Shown: positions 1-12,072, numbered from the whole stretch's first letter. The stretch is DNA of 63,412 bases, filler included, from Octopus bimaculoides (GCF_001194135.2; 4 parts of 4 records of this genome joined end to end with filler, not necessarily neighbours in it); one strand, 5' to 3'. Program-made: numbers and translations. The notes: generated from the sequence alone by a model not told the origin.

Positions 1-165
1 TATATATATATATATATATATATATCGGCATCACTTCAAAGAGCACCGTGATATTACACGTTATAAACGTTTAATACAAAATGGCTAATACTATCCAATT
101 CACATATATCCATATACATATTTATCTATGTATGTATGTATTTAAATGTGTGTGTGTGTATTTAT

Positions 166-285
166 GACAAGCTTTTTCCAGTTTCAATCTACCAAATCTA
201 CTCACGAAGCTTTAGTCGCCATGGGGATAGAGAAAATAATGGCCCAAGGCACCTTGCAGTGGGATTGAAACCAAAACCATAATCT
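166..285 (-). mobile_element. Degenerate tRNA-derived SINE, family A head module
   Basis: Reverse complement of the recurring ...GTCCCACTG..GGCACCTTGGGC...GAGTGGATTTGGTAGA..GAAACTG motif. Confidence 0.6.
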
Positions 286-589
286 ACACATAAATTTCTT
301 TTTCCTAATGTATTTAAAATTAGTTATTGATATATCACCAATAATCGTGTATATCGCAAAGTTTATGTATTTATGCAATTTTATTAACCTTATTCTTTGT
401 ATTTCATGTTAGATTCAGCTTAAATTTTTACTTTCCTAATTTGTATAATCATTAAGTTATATTCCATATAAATTAGTTATGAATTGGACAGTATTATCCA
501 ATTTGCATTTAACGTTTATAGCGTGTAAGCACACAGTAGTTTTTGAAGTGATGCCTATAAATAAATAAATAACTCTAAAGCCACATTAT

Positions 590-599
590 ACATATATAC

Positions 600-675
<76 letters not shown>

Positions 676-790
676 TGATATATATATATTGACACATATA
701 TAATACATGTGTAAGCATACATATACGAATATATATATATATGAGTATACATGCATACATATATGTATACATAAATGAACACATCCGCAT
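590..790. repeat. (TA)n microsatellite with degenerate flanks; representative of dozens of (TA)n, (CA)n, (TATG)n, (AAT)n, (GAT)n and (CTT)n tracts in the window
   Basis: Direct inspection. Other large tracts: 3546-3620, 6357-6520, 7000-7430, 11643-11885, 17740-17960, 23990-24170, 24376-24498, 26990-27200, 33885-33990, 38960-39030, 42850-43010, 47543-47620. Confidence 0.95.
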
Positions 791-1448
791 ATGAGCGTAT
801 ATTTCTGATGCCATTTGTACAATATTTATCGCACTATATTTGTCATTTAATGTATTAAAATTAGCTTACAATTAAGTTGTCCAAATGACTGCTTAGATTA
901 TACAGGTATGCTTTTATATTAGCCTTACTGATTCCTTTTATGCCGGATTTAATTTAAATTTCCTTTACTCTGATTTGTGCAATTATTCACTTAAATTCCT
1001 GTACGAATTATGTGTCTATTTAGTATTAAATTGAAATGTTCATTGTATTTTGAAATTTTGGTTCTGACATCAGGAATATGCTTTTGTGACATGCCACTTC
1101 TTCGTATTATTCAGTTACGAAGCATCTATCTATCTATCTATCTAGGGTCGATTTGTTCGACTAAAGGCTCTGCTCCAGCATGGCTGCAGTCAAAGGACTG
1201 AAACAAATAAAAGAATAAAAGAATACATATGCATGCCTAATCATTGAGAGGTACAAAAATGTATTACATCCGCGATCATTTTGACGGTTTTATGAATTAC
1301 AAATTTTCTTTAGAAGGTTCAAATCGTGCCCATACCCTCTTTATTTAAGAAATCAAATATTTTGGAACTTTTCTAAACACAAAAGCATTTCAATCGCTGA
1401 AATCAAGATTTTGAGTGGAAAAAGACAAATAAGATTACAAGAGTCAGA

Positions 1449-1600
1449 TATGGCTGTGTCGTTAGCAGGATTGTTTTGCAACCACGTTGTTTCGAGTTCA
1501 GTACCAGTGCACGGTACCTGTGGCGAGTGTGTTCTACTATAACACCGAGGCGACCAATGCCTTGTAAGCGAAATTGGTAAACGGAAACTGTGTGGAGACC
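1449..1600 (+). mobile_element. tRNA-derived SINE, family A head module
   Basis: ATGGCTGTGTCGTTAG...GAGTTCAGTACCAGTG...GACCAATGCCTTGTAAG...GTAAACGGAAACTG is homologous to the copies at 18323, 35310, 41625, 53197 and 63262. Confidence 0.7.
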
Positions 1601-1717
1601 TTCGTGGATTTGAACCCGAAACAGCATGTTTGCAAAGCGTAATTGTTAATCATATGGCTATACCTGCACCTATATATTAGTTATTTCAATAATATAAATA
1701 TATAAATAACAGTATTC

Positions 1718-1723
1718 ACTTAC
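1718..1723 (-). promoter_or_regulatory. 5' splice donor ending the GNRHR first coding exon
   Basis: Consensus CAG|GTAAGT directly after ...SIPQ; the ORF-track residues after PQ (VSEYCYLYIYII...) are intronic. Confidence 0.9.
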
Positions 1724-2215
1724 CTGCGGTATACTGAAAATAGCACTGAGGATCCACGCCATTGTGATCATGATACGTACTCTAAGAGGTGCTTTACTGC
1801 GGCTCATTGGCGAGAGGATGGCAAAACATCTATCCAACGCTATGCTTACTGTTATGTAAGTGGATAAATGTAGACCAAAAACTGTAAGATACTTCATAAT
1901 CTTGCACATTGTATTTCCTGCCAGCCACTCTACAGTAGCTGACCATATGATGTCCATAAGTATGTTGAAAAAACTGACCATTAAGTCAGCAATGGCTAAA
2001 TTCAGGATTAAGCTTTGTATTGTGGAACGCGATCCTCTAATTCTGAATATCTGTATAATTACAAGAGTGTTTCCAAAAAAGGAAATCACAAAGACAGTTC
2101 CGAGGACACACAGCTTCGATACATATACATTATCAAAGCGAGGAGCATCAGGTAAAGGAGTAGAAGTTATGTTATATGTCATGTTATCAAACATGGAATC
2201 GTTCAAGTAATCCAT
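1724..2215 (-). CDS. GNRHR: Gonadotropin-releasing hormone (GnRH/corazonin-type) receptor, class A GPCR; first coding exon, 164 codons, N-terminus to TM4
   Basis: ATG at 2215-2213 (MDYLNDSMFDNMTYNITS..., sequons NDS/NMT/NIT). TM1 FFGNTLV, TM2 NLAIADLMV, ECL1 W..G...CK, TM3 Lys (IMKYL) and LDRC, TM4 AWILSAIFSIPQ. The frame ends at CAG|GTAAGT (phase 0). As I recall it, this matches the published Octopus vulgaris GnRH receptor N-terminus almost residue for residue. Confidence 0.93.
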
Positions 2216-2384
2216 ATTGGATTTTTGTATAACCACACGGTAATCGATATTTCTGGAAATGTTCGTTGTCTTTTAAAGCGTAAATGTCATTAGAGTATCC
2301 TGTAGAATTACCACATAAATATATCTTCAATTAATATCCTGAAGGTCAGTATCCATTGTTTTAATAAATTCCATCGATTTGTAT

Positions 2385-2414
2385 CTGAAAATATTAAAGA
2401 GAAACATAAGGAAT
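2385..2414 (-). promoter_or_regulatory. Probable 3' splice acceptor upstream of the GNRHR ATG (implies a spliced 5' UTR)
   Basis: Minus strand TTCCTTATGTTTCTCTTTAATATTTTCAG|ATAC is a long pyrimidine tract 169 nt upstream of the ATG; weaker alternative AGs lie at about 2340, 2300 and 2253. Confidence 0.5.
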
Positions 2415-3359
2415 ATAGAAAAGGAATCACTTTCATTTAAAAAGTTTAAAAATTGATTAATTTGTGTACATACATATATGAGTATGTAAATGCAGGTAAA
2501 AAATACTATAGATATTTAAACATAGTCTAATGCAGTAATCCAGCTTGATATCTTTGACAGTCAGTTGACATACGAGATAAGCTGTTATCTTCATTTCTAC
2601 AATGGTAACTGCAAACTTATCCCATTGTCTATACAGAGATACAAAAAATACTTTTCATTTGAACTCTTGTTAGATTCATTATTCCGAGATGTCTTTGGCT
2701 GATGAGTTACACGATGTCGAAAAACTGGGAATGTCAGAATTTTGTTACGTTAAGGAATCGAGTGTGCTATGAACACACATCTGTCTTAAAGTAGAAGTTG
2801 TTCTCCTTTGACAAAACACAACAGAGAATAGCAAATTTCAGTTCGACCCTGGAGTAGCGAGAGAGAATGAATTTGTAAGCCATAGTTTTAACTCTCGTTG
2901 TTCACCGTGCATATGGCCATTTATTATTTTTGAACGTGAAACGACAAATATACATGATGCACACATACGCACATGCATAAACATACATAGCAGTTAGACC
3001 AAGGCATATATATGAGATATTTAATCACTAAGAATATACAACAAATATGCAGGTACTGAGAGCAATGAATTTATATCTAGGCGAATGAAAGAAACTGGGA
3101 AAATGAACTTTAACGATAATACACGAAAAAAAAAAGATTGAATATTTACTACAAGTTAGCACTCTAGAGTTGTAGATGCTTTGGCGAATAAATCCCCTTG
3201 TCAGCAGCCGTTGAGCTTAATGCATTTAGATTTTTAAATTATACGATATGGAGCTAGTGACAGCATGAGTGGTTGGTATATAAACTAACCAGGATTTGAC
3301 AAATGGAACGAAATTGTTACTATATATATATTAGCTAGTATTAATAGCCTTTTTAGAAG

Positions 3360-3544
3360 GGTGATGAGAATATTTCAAAAGGCCAGCCTTGGCAAATTCT
3401 GAGTCACGCTGAATCTCCCTTAGAATTATTTTAAGTGTTACGTGTATTTGTGGAGAGGTCAGCCACTTGCATGTTAATTTCGCGAACAGGCTGACCCGTT
3501 CATCAGATCAACTGGAACCCCTGTCGTCGTAACGGGCGGAGTGC

Positions 3545-3547
<3 letters not shown>
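3360..3547 (+). mobile_element. SINE family E, 3' portion
   Basis: Shares GTCACGCTGAATCTCCCT...GTTAATTTC.CGA.CAGGCTG...GTCGTCGTAAC...GAGTGC with 7600-7775. Confidence 0.6.
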
Positions 3548-3607
<60 letters not shown>

Positions 3608-4199
3608 TTATATATATATAATTCAAAAAGACGGACCAAGTACGTTCACGACAATAAAAACATACGGACAGGTGGGCGTTTGAAAGATGGACAGGAAAAC
3701 CAGGATGGAATATTCGTGGCTTTCTATTCATCAGTCAATCTTCCAATCATCATTACAGTTTTCGCTTGTTACACTTGAGACTGTTCAAAATTGCTAAGGG
3801 CATTATATGTTTGGAAGAAAGCGAGCGAATATGTGCGACAACACGAACAAGAGAAAAACGAGAAAGCAGAGAAAATGTTACACGATTACAAATACAAACA
3901 ACAAGACTAAAAATAGGTGTCTTTCGACTAAAAAAACAAGTTAAGCTAGTGTGTGAAGTGGAAACCTTGCAGCAACGAACATACATGAAAGTCAGGAGAC
4001 AGGAAAATAATGTGCTGTGCGAGCGTCGGTCAAGCCAAGAAAGAAAGATCATGCTTGGCCGAGTACCGATCACGTAGAAGGAACAGAGAGAGGTAGGAGG
4101 CAGAGGGATTGAAGAATTAGGGAAGGAACTTACATATGAAGCAGCTCTGCTAGTGACCTGTGTGTGTAATTGTCTTCAGTGCGTCATCGAACAGTTCTC

Positions 4200-4990
4200 T
4201 AACGCAAACACTGTGTTCAACCTCACCAGCTACATAAAAAAACCTAAGATTATGACTAAGACTTCTCCACATTGTCTATGTCTATCAAGATCTCCACAGT
4301 GAAAGGTGTAGGTAACTTCATGTATCCGTTTTTAATCATATCTAACAACTTGTCTCAAAATGCAATGATTAATGCATGGACTAGCAGCACTGTTCCTGTT
4401 ATGATTAAACTCACCAACAGAGTGTGCAGGAAACAAATACTCTCACAGAGCAGCAAATTGAATATTTATCAATATGTTTTGTCAGCAACCTACAATATGG
4501 TAGCGAAAAGTGGACCATATAAGTTAGTAAAGTGAAGAAGTTCAAGCTTTTCACATTAGATTACTTCCCAAAATAATTAACATCACACGGGAATTTAAAA
4601 TCCTCAATTGTGAGGTACTTGTTAGAACAGAGGCGAAAAACGTATCCGTAATGTTCAACGAGTGTCGTTTGCATTAGTTTAGTGATTTAATTGCAATCCA
4701 TATGAAGTCATGCGTGACCAAATTGAGATCTGGTCGTGCCCAACGGTCCACCCGTCATTAGAGATAGGAACTATGCAAAAAAGACTTCAGTTCTGCGTTC
4801 GTTGAAATATGAAAGGATATAATATCGAGCTGTTTATGCTGGTGACATTCTGCATAAAGTTTTAATACGGAGGAGGTTTGAAATCAATTTCCAACACGAT
4901 AAGAGGAAATGTGAAAGGTATGACCTTCCTATGACAATTCAGTAACCACCTGTAGTGGCTGCTGCAGCGGTCGATTATATAAGTAGGAGC
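4200..4990 (+). mobile_element. Degenerate RTE-clade LINE, reverse-transcriptase C-terminal half
   Basis: Frameshifted peptides VGNFMYPFLIISNNLSQNAMINAW...KLTNRVCRK...KLNIYQ, QAFHIRLL and NCEVLVRT match RTE post-RT motifs (VDNFTYLGS..LDAEINARI..RLTNRVW..AFHIRCL..NTEVL). Confidence 0.7.
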
Positions 4991-5367
4991 TACGCACTGG
5001 CGTCGGTGTAATCGACTTAATCCCTTTGTCTGTCCTTGTTTGTCTCCTCTATATTTAGCCCCTTGTGGGCAATAAAGAAATACATAAACCTGTACAGACA
5101 CCATGTTCGACGTGTGAGCATAATGATACTGTAGGAAGGGACAAACGGAGGAAAGAGGCGAAAGAAGAAAAAAGAGGAAAAAGAAATTTTGGTATTGTTC
5201 CAAGATGAACGGAGATCAGAGATGTAATGAAATCGTAAACATTCACACGCAAACACACAAAGACAGACACAATCATATACGTATATATAGATGGGCATAG
5301 ATACACACTTACACACATACTAAAAATATGAATATTTTTGCTTGATCTTTATAATTAAGAGTTATTC

Positions 5368-5480
5368 AAAGGTGGCGAGCTGGCAGAACCGTTAGCACTA
5401 CGGAAAAAAAAATGATTAACGATATTTTGTCATTACGTACTGTATTCAAATTCCGCCGAGGATGATGAAATAATGCCTGT
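5368..5480 (+). mobile_element. tRNA-derived SINE family B, 5' part
   Basis: AAGGTGGCGAGCTGGCAGAACCGTTAGCAC...TTCAAATTCCGCCGAGG. Confidence 0.7.
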
Positions 5481-5556
5481 TGAGTGCCGAAGCCGATTAC
5501 ATCGACTTTGTCTCATGAATTACTGGCTTTCTGCCAAATTTTGAAAAACAGGACTA

Positions 5557-5775
5557 AAGGCGTCGAGCTGGCAGAATCGTTAGCACGCTGGACGAAATGC
5601 TCAGGAGTAGTTCACCCGTCATTACGTTTTAAGTTCAAATTCCGCCGAGGTCGACTTTGCTTTTCATCTTTTCGAGAACGATGAAATATGTACCAGATAT
5701 GCACTGGGATCGATATAATAGACTATCTACTACCCCAAATTTCAGGCCTTGTACCATAGAAGAAAGGATTATTAG
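5557..5775 (+). mobile_element. tRNA-derived SINE family B
   Basis: GGCGTCGAGCTGGCAGAATCGTTAGCACG...GTTCAAATTCCGCCGAGGTCGACTTTGC.TTTCATC...GTACCAG...GCACTGGGATCGAT; CpGs intact. Confidence 0.8.
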
Positions 5776-6360
5776 GTTCTTATATACTGTTCGCAAGAAC
5801 AATGCGCCAATATCCACAGACATTATGCTTCTAGACATTCACAATCCTATTTTCAAATTAAACTGTTGTAGCATCCTATAGTCTACGCGTTTTACAGTAA
5901 CTCGCAAAGGATTTGGGAAAAATTTTATAAGTGATAAAATCCTCGACGCCGAGTTTAAAATACTATGACAGAAAATCCTGGTAGATTTCATGTCATGATA
6001 TAGATTTTTTGTACTCTTTTTAGACGTGAATATCTGTGTATTTAATTTAAGTTTGTATTTTGCTGTTAGTAAAGCTTCAATAGTTTTTCCTCCAATTTTT
6101 GTGCTTTGGAATTTTGTTATATATTTTAGTATTGCCTAATAATGTTTATCTAGTCAATTTTATCATTTTATTTTGTGTGCTGCTTTATAATAATGATTTA
6201 CAGTAATATAACTACAAATCCAGTATTCATATATATATATATATATATATAGTTATTAATATTTCTAAGTCTCTCTAAAGGAGACTACGGCAGCGGTACT
6301 GGAAATTAATAGTTATCGCCAAGCCAACATGGCAGTCCCAAAATTAGGACGAAAGCCATA

Positions 6361-6393
<33 letters not shown>

Positions 6394-6452
6394 ACATATA
6401 TGCATATATACATATGTTCGTGTGTTTGTGTATCTGTGTATGTATATATGTT

Positions 6453-6522
<70 letters not shown>

Positions 6523-7305
6523 AATTTCTGGAAGATATTATACACACACCATACATATATAGACTCAAACACACACGCAGCACACAGAAATATACGAGAA
6601 TTGTTTATCAGCCATTATTTTATTGCTAATTTAATAACGAATCGGATATATCAGAGGAATATCTTTAGGAGTAATGTAACTTATATGAAAATCACTCTAA
6701 GCCCAGGAACTTATCACAAATGTGTCTTTTGTTTACGCTCATAAAATAAACAGCCACATAAATAACTTGATAATCACGCACATACATACTGGCACTTCTT
6801 ACCTCTCTCTATGGCGTATCCAAACATTGATGTTTAAAAATTTTACGATATTAATACACAAAATACACAATTCATTTATGTTTCTATCTTGAGGCACGAT
6901 CAAGAAAAATCCAGCAATCGACTAGGATTTTCCATTGTCTTTAACATACAGAAATAACTATACATACATATGCAAATTTATTTATACATGCATGCATATG
7001 TATAACATCATAAATATACATATGTATATGAAACATATATATATATATGAAACAATGCAGGTATGTTTTTGATATATGAATACATATACATATATGTATA
7101 TATACATTATATACATGTATGTGTGTGTGTGTATGTATATATATACATACAACTGTGCTTGTATAAATGTAAATGAATGGACCCTATAAACAAAAAATAT
7201 ACGTACTTATGTGCGTGCACGCGTGTGTGCGTGTGTGTATAGGGCGTGAGTATATGTGTGTGTATATATGCGCTTCTATATATAAATACATACATACATA
7301 TATAC

Positions 7306-7345
<40 letters not shown>

Positions 7346-7467
7346 ATATATATAGGTATATATGTCTGCATGCGTGTGTATATACATATTTGTGCATATG
7401 TGTGTGTATATGTGTATATGTGTGGATGTACCAGTAAATATTGATGGATGCGTATATGCACAAGTCG

Positions 7468-7775
7468 AAGGCACGTGGTTTAGTTGTTAGGGTATTCGAC
7501 TCACGATCGTAAGGTCGTGTGTTCAATTCCCGGCGACGCGTTGTGTCCTTGAGCAAGACAGTTTATTTCACGCTGCTCCAGTCCACTCAGCAGTACCTGC
7601 ATTTCAATGGACCGGCCTTGTCACACGCTGTGTCACGCTGAATCTCCCTAACAACTACGTTCACAGTACACGTGTCTGTGAATTACTGAGCCTCCTGCAC
7701 GTTAATTTCACGAGCAAGATGTTCCGTTGATCGTATCAGCTGGCACCCTTCGTCGTCGTAACCGACAGAGTGCTC
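7468..7775 (+). mobile_element. tRNA-derived SINE family E, near full length
   Basis: A box (GGTTTAGTTGTTAG), B box (GTTCAATTCC), then TTGTGTCCTTGAGCAAGACA...GCTCCAGTCCACTCAGC. Confidence 0.8.
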
Positions 7776-9058
7776 TATATGCACAAGGGTATATATGTGT
7801 ATGTATATATAGGTATATGTCTGTATACGCTTATGTATTTACATGTGTGTGCGTATATATATGTGTGTTTGTGTGTGTGTGTGTTTATGTGTGTGTGTAG
7901 GAGTCGGTGTAAGTGTAAATATGGATGGGTGCGTATATGTACACAATCCGAATGACACTAGTGCGTATATAAGGAGTGTGTATGTGAGTGAGTATGTGCT
8001 TATTGACAGGATGAGCGATGAGCAACATTTTGTATGTATGTGTATATATATACACATATATATATATATATATATCTGTAAATAATATGTGACAATTATT
8101 CGGTAGCCATGATAAAACACCGAGTTTTGGGTGTCGGGGCGAAAACCCACGCCGCCATTTCTTTAGTTATCAGGCCATCGAAAAAAACGCTATGAAAATG
8201 GCCGTTAAACAAAGGGAAATTACTGTAACATTGACCGTTAATAAGACAAAAGGGCTATTAGAATGACCGCTAAGTTAGGGGAGGGAGTAAAGGTAAAGGA
8301 ATAAAAATGTCCATGGTATTCGTGTAAGCGCACCAGTCCATACATACACATGCGCGCCCGTACACCCACGTACATGCGCCTATATATATATATATATACT
8401 CATCCACCCTCACTTGAAACACACACGTACTCACCTACACATTCGCCAAAAATATATACATACTCGCATACACGCTCGCACGCACACACACGCACACACA
8501 TGCACACACACGTGCCGCAACACGCTCGAAGACATGCACACGCGTGCAAAAAAGGTTCATACACACCTCTATATACGCAGATGCACAAGAAAAACAGGGC
8601 TAAAGGCAAAATACAGAAAAACACAACACACAACACACCACACATCACCACACGACACCCACCCCAACCTCACATCCCAGTCTGACTTACCACACCCCCT
8701 ACTCCCACATCGTCACCCCAAACCCACACCGCACCCTCACATCCTCTACACTCCAACATCACACACCACACCACACACCACCACACTACACACACCACAC
8801 CACCACACCACTACACGACATCGCACCAGCCTGCACACAGTAGCATTGACCACTTCCCATATATAATATGTAACAATTATTCGGTTGCCAATAATTGTCA
8901 CATATATTACAGATAAATTCCTCTATTTACATAATATCGAGGTCTCATTATTTTTTTGTTGTTGTCATACCATTACTATTAATATATANNNNNNNNNNNN
9001 NNNNNNNNNNNNNNNNNNNNNNNNNNNNNNNNNNNNNNNNNNNNNNNNATATATATAT

Positions 9059-9090
<32 letters not shown>

Positions 9091-9325
9091 GCACACAGAG
9101 TATCTCACAAAAATATGCAAACCCCCCCCAAAAATTCTGTGAAATTGCTATTACTCTGACGATATCGAAGGAAATCAAACGAAATTTATACTGAATAAAA
9201 TATATTATGAATGCAAATATTATACAAGTTTGGAACACAAAACAATAAACGTTTTGAAAGATGTAAACGAAATATTAATTGTCAAATGTTGCAAAATATG
9301 TACACCCTAAAGGAAATATTCTTGA

Positions 9326-9624
9326 CAGTAATCCCTCGACTGTTGATGGTGTTACGTCTCGAAACCACCCACAGAAACGATTTAAAATCAAAAATAAATA
9401 TAAGTGCCTATCGGCTGCAGAAACCCGGATATACTGATAAGTCCGCGATATAAATTTTCATATGCTAGCCAGAAAAACACCTACGTGTTACTGAGTGCGC
9501 AATAGGCGAACCGCGATGTACTGACTGCACGATAGGTGAACCGCGATGTACTGAGTGCACAATAGGTGAAACGCGATGTACTGAATGCGCAATAGGTGTA
9601 CCGCGATTTGGTGAGGACTTACAG
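9326..9624. mobile_element. pogo/Tigger-like MITE nested in the Tc1 element
   Basis: CAGTAATCCCTCGAC...GAACCGCGATTTGGTGAGGACTTACAG|TA; the same ends recur at 12300-12511 and 14289-14372. Confidence 0.65.
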
Positions 9625-9785
9625 TATTCACTATTTTACCCACTTTTTACTACTAAATTCAGATAGTGGTGGTAATTTAAATTCTTATAAATTATTTCCT
9701 CTAGCATTTTTGCACCGGTCACTGTTATTGCATTTTCAGGAATTCTGATTTGTGTACCGTGGTGAAAATCTTCATTGTGATTAAA

Positions 9786-10940
9786 ATGACACCAAAAGGA
9801 AAAGAATTGTCTGAAGATTTAGAGGAAAATTATTTTTAATTTACACAAAAATGGTTTAGGATACGTTAATTAGCAAACGAATGCAAATTAGTGTAAACAC
9901 AGTTGTCAAAGTAATTCAGAAGTACAAAGCTACTGGACGGCTAAGCAATAAACATCGGTCAGGTCGTCCTATTTTAACTGGACGTGATACTCGCCACATC
10001 CAACGTTGCGTGATGGATGACAGGCGTCGTACCGCTTCATCTTTGGCCCAAGAAGTGTCTTCTGTTAGTGGAAAGAGTGATTCCACCCAAATAGTTCGCC
10101 GAAGTTTGAACCAGTGTGGTCTTCATGGATGCATTCCTCGTAGGAGGCCTCTCATCAGGCATAAATCCGTGTGCAGACAATTCGCCGACAGACATTCCCC
10201 GATTGGACAATTGGCTGATTGGACAATAAGTCGACATGCAGAAGTATCAATCATGGAGAATCTGTAAGTTGTCTGTCGACGAATTGTCCGTCTACCCATA
10301 GATCAAGTCGTTTTTGTTTTGCCGAAAACTATTTGAGTAATGGGAAAGAGTTTTGGAATAAAATCCTTTTTTCTGACGATACTAAAATCAACTTGTGTGA
10401 GCCAGATGGTATTAAAAGAGTACGGTGACGACCAGGTGAAGATAATAGCAACAAATGCATCGTGCTTACCGTGAAACACAGCGGCGGAAGTGTTATGCTT
10501 TGGGTATGCATCAGTGCCGCTGGTGTGGGAGGGCTCACATTTATTGAGAGAACAATGGATTGAAGGATTTCTTGTAACATATTGTAGAAAACAATGTTGA
10601 AAAGCATCAAGGAACTAAGAAGACATTCCATGTTCCAATATGATAATGCCCCTACACACACGCCAAAGATGACGACTAAGTCTTATCAGATAAAAAGGTA
10701 GAGGTATTGCCTTAGCTTACCATGTCACCTGATTTAAACCCAATAGAACATATCTGGGGTGTTTTGAAAAGGAAGGTTGATAAGGAAAAACCCTGTAATG
10801 TAACACAGTCGAAAGACTTCATTCAGGATGAATGGGGTTCGATTTCATCGGTTATATGCGGAAATTTAGTTGACTCTATACCCAGAAGACTTAATGCAGT
10901 CATTCTAAGCAAGGGCGGTCATACCAAATATTTAATATAG
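9786..10940 (+). pseudogene. Disrupted Tc1 (DD34E) transposase
   Basis: MTPKGKELSEDL; HTH region RSGRP...IPRRRPL; FWNKILFSDDTKINL; VKHSGGSVMLW; YDNAPTH; SPDLNPIEHIWGVLKRKV...LSKGGHTKY. Carries frameshifts, stops and a MITE insertion. Confidence 0.9.
10164..10296. mobile_element. Small palindromic MITE interrupting the Tc1 transposase
   Basis: 19-bp inverted repeat GACAATTCGCCGACAGACA (10176-10194) / TGTCTGTCGACGAATTGTC (10270-10288) with 1 mismatch; transposase homology resumes after it. Confidence 0.65.
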
Positions 10941-11642
10941 CAAATGATCCTTTAGGGTGTACATATTTTTGTATCGTTTGAAAATTGATATTTCGTTCAT
11001 ATCTTTGAAAATGCTTGTTGTTTTGTGTTCTAAAATTGCATAATGTTTGCATGTATAATATATTTTATTCAGTATAAATTTCGTTCGATTTCCTTCGTTA
11101 TTGTCAGGTTAAAGGCAATTTCACTGAAAATTTTAGGGTGTACATACTTCTGTGAGATACTGTATATATATGCATGTATGTATGTATGTGTATATGTATA
11201 TATGTATGTATGTATCTATGTATGTATTATGTATACATAATCTTAATGAAGGAAGGAAGTGCCCATGTGTAGGTGGAGCTATGGTAAGTTGAGGTCAAAA
11301 CGTTCGTTTTGCAGCCAAAAGGTCCCGGGGTCGCTTGTACTAAGTGACATCTTGGTTAATTGCCCCGGCATCATTTATACCCCTTTCATGGAAATAGGTG
11401 GATGGAAATAATATCAATGTATAGAAGATTGTTTGTATATATTCTTCAAATGTCCACCCATTTCGCATTCGTCCATCCTTGTCATTTTAATTCTATTTGA
11501 GATTTATGTTAAGGGTTACAGATGTCTTTGAAAAACTCAGCCATATTGCACACTGATACATTGAATAGGTGTCCAAATGATCGAACAACTAAACGCCCAT
11601 TCATCAAAATAGATGTTAGATTCCCTCATTACATATGCATAC

Positions 11643-11710
<68 letters not shown>

Positions 11711-11823
11711 CATACAAACGTGTATTAGCATAGGCATGTGTCTATGCATGTGTGCATGTATATATATGTGTGTATATCTTTGTGTGTGTATGTTCGCGTG
11801 AGTGTGTGTAAGTTTGTGCGTGC

Positions 11824-11866
<43 letters not shown>

Positions 11867-12072
11867 TGTGTGTGTGTGTGTGTGTGAATAAATGTAAATA
11901 CACATCTAAGTACAAATGAAACAATTCCATAATCAGACATATCTATGTAGAATTCATTGTGCATAAAATTGATATAAGGGATAAGCTAATTACATCACTA
12001 AATTAACAAAGTCCAGCGAATACTAAGAAAATAATGTAACTCTTTGTTTGTAAATTAATATATTGCTTTCAT

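Larger units (their letters stand above)
9096..11162 (+). mobile_element. Tc1-family DNA transposon with long (about 215 bp) IR/DR terminal inverted repeats
   Basis: Left end 9096-9313 (CAG(AG)TATCTCACAAAAATATG...ATATGTACACCCTAAAGGA) is the reverse complement of right end 10948-11162 (TCCTTTAGGGTGTACATAT...TAGGGTGTACATACTTCTGTGAGATACTG|TA); a transposase lies between. Confidence 0.9.

Noticed and set aside
555-822. ORFs rich in YI, HT, CV or MYV repeats (also near 6300-6600, 7100-7560, 11500-11960, 39460-39770, 44290-45010, 55180-55600)
   Set aside because: They are translations of (TA)n, (CA)n and (TATG)n microsatellites.
2216-2236. ORF-track start at 2236 (MVIQKSN...)
   Set aside because: The codon is GTG; the true start is the ATG at 2215, matching the known MDYLND N-terminus.
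2699-2740. CTGATGA...GAAA hammerhead-like text
   Set aside because: Stem II pairs poorly and no stem I partner could be found.
3766-4077. Charged 103-aa ORF (also 61449-61631 and hydrophobic 26977-27420)
   Set aside because: No recognisable domain or splice context; probably decayed TE or low-complexity sequence.
7468-7545. tRNA-like sequences (also 5557, 12073, 56926, 47620-47650)
   Set aside because: A and B boxes are present but there is no complete cloverleaf; they continue into SINE bodies.
9489-9608. 30-bp repeats and the 137-bp array (46240-46763) as CRISPR-like arrays
   Set aside because: They are head-to-tail tandem repeats without unique spacers, with no cas genes, in eukaryotic DNA.
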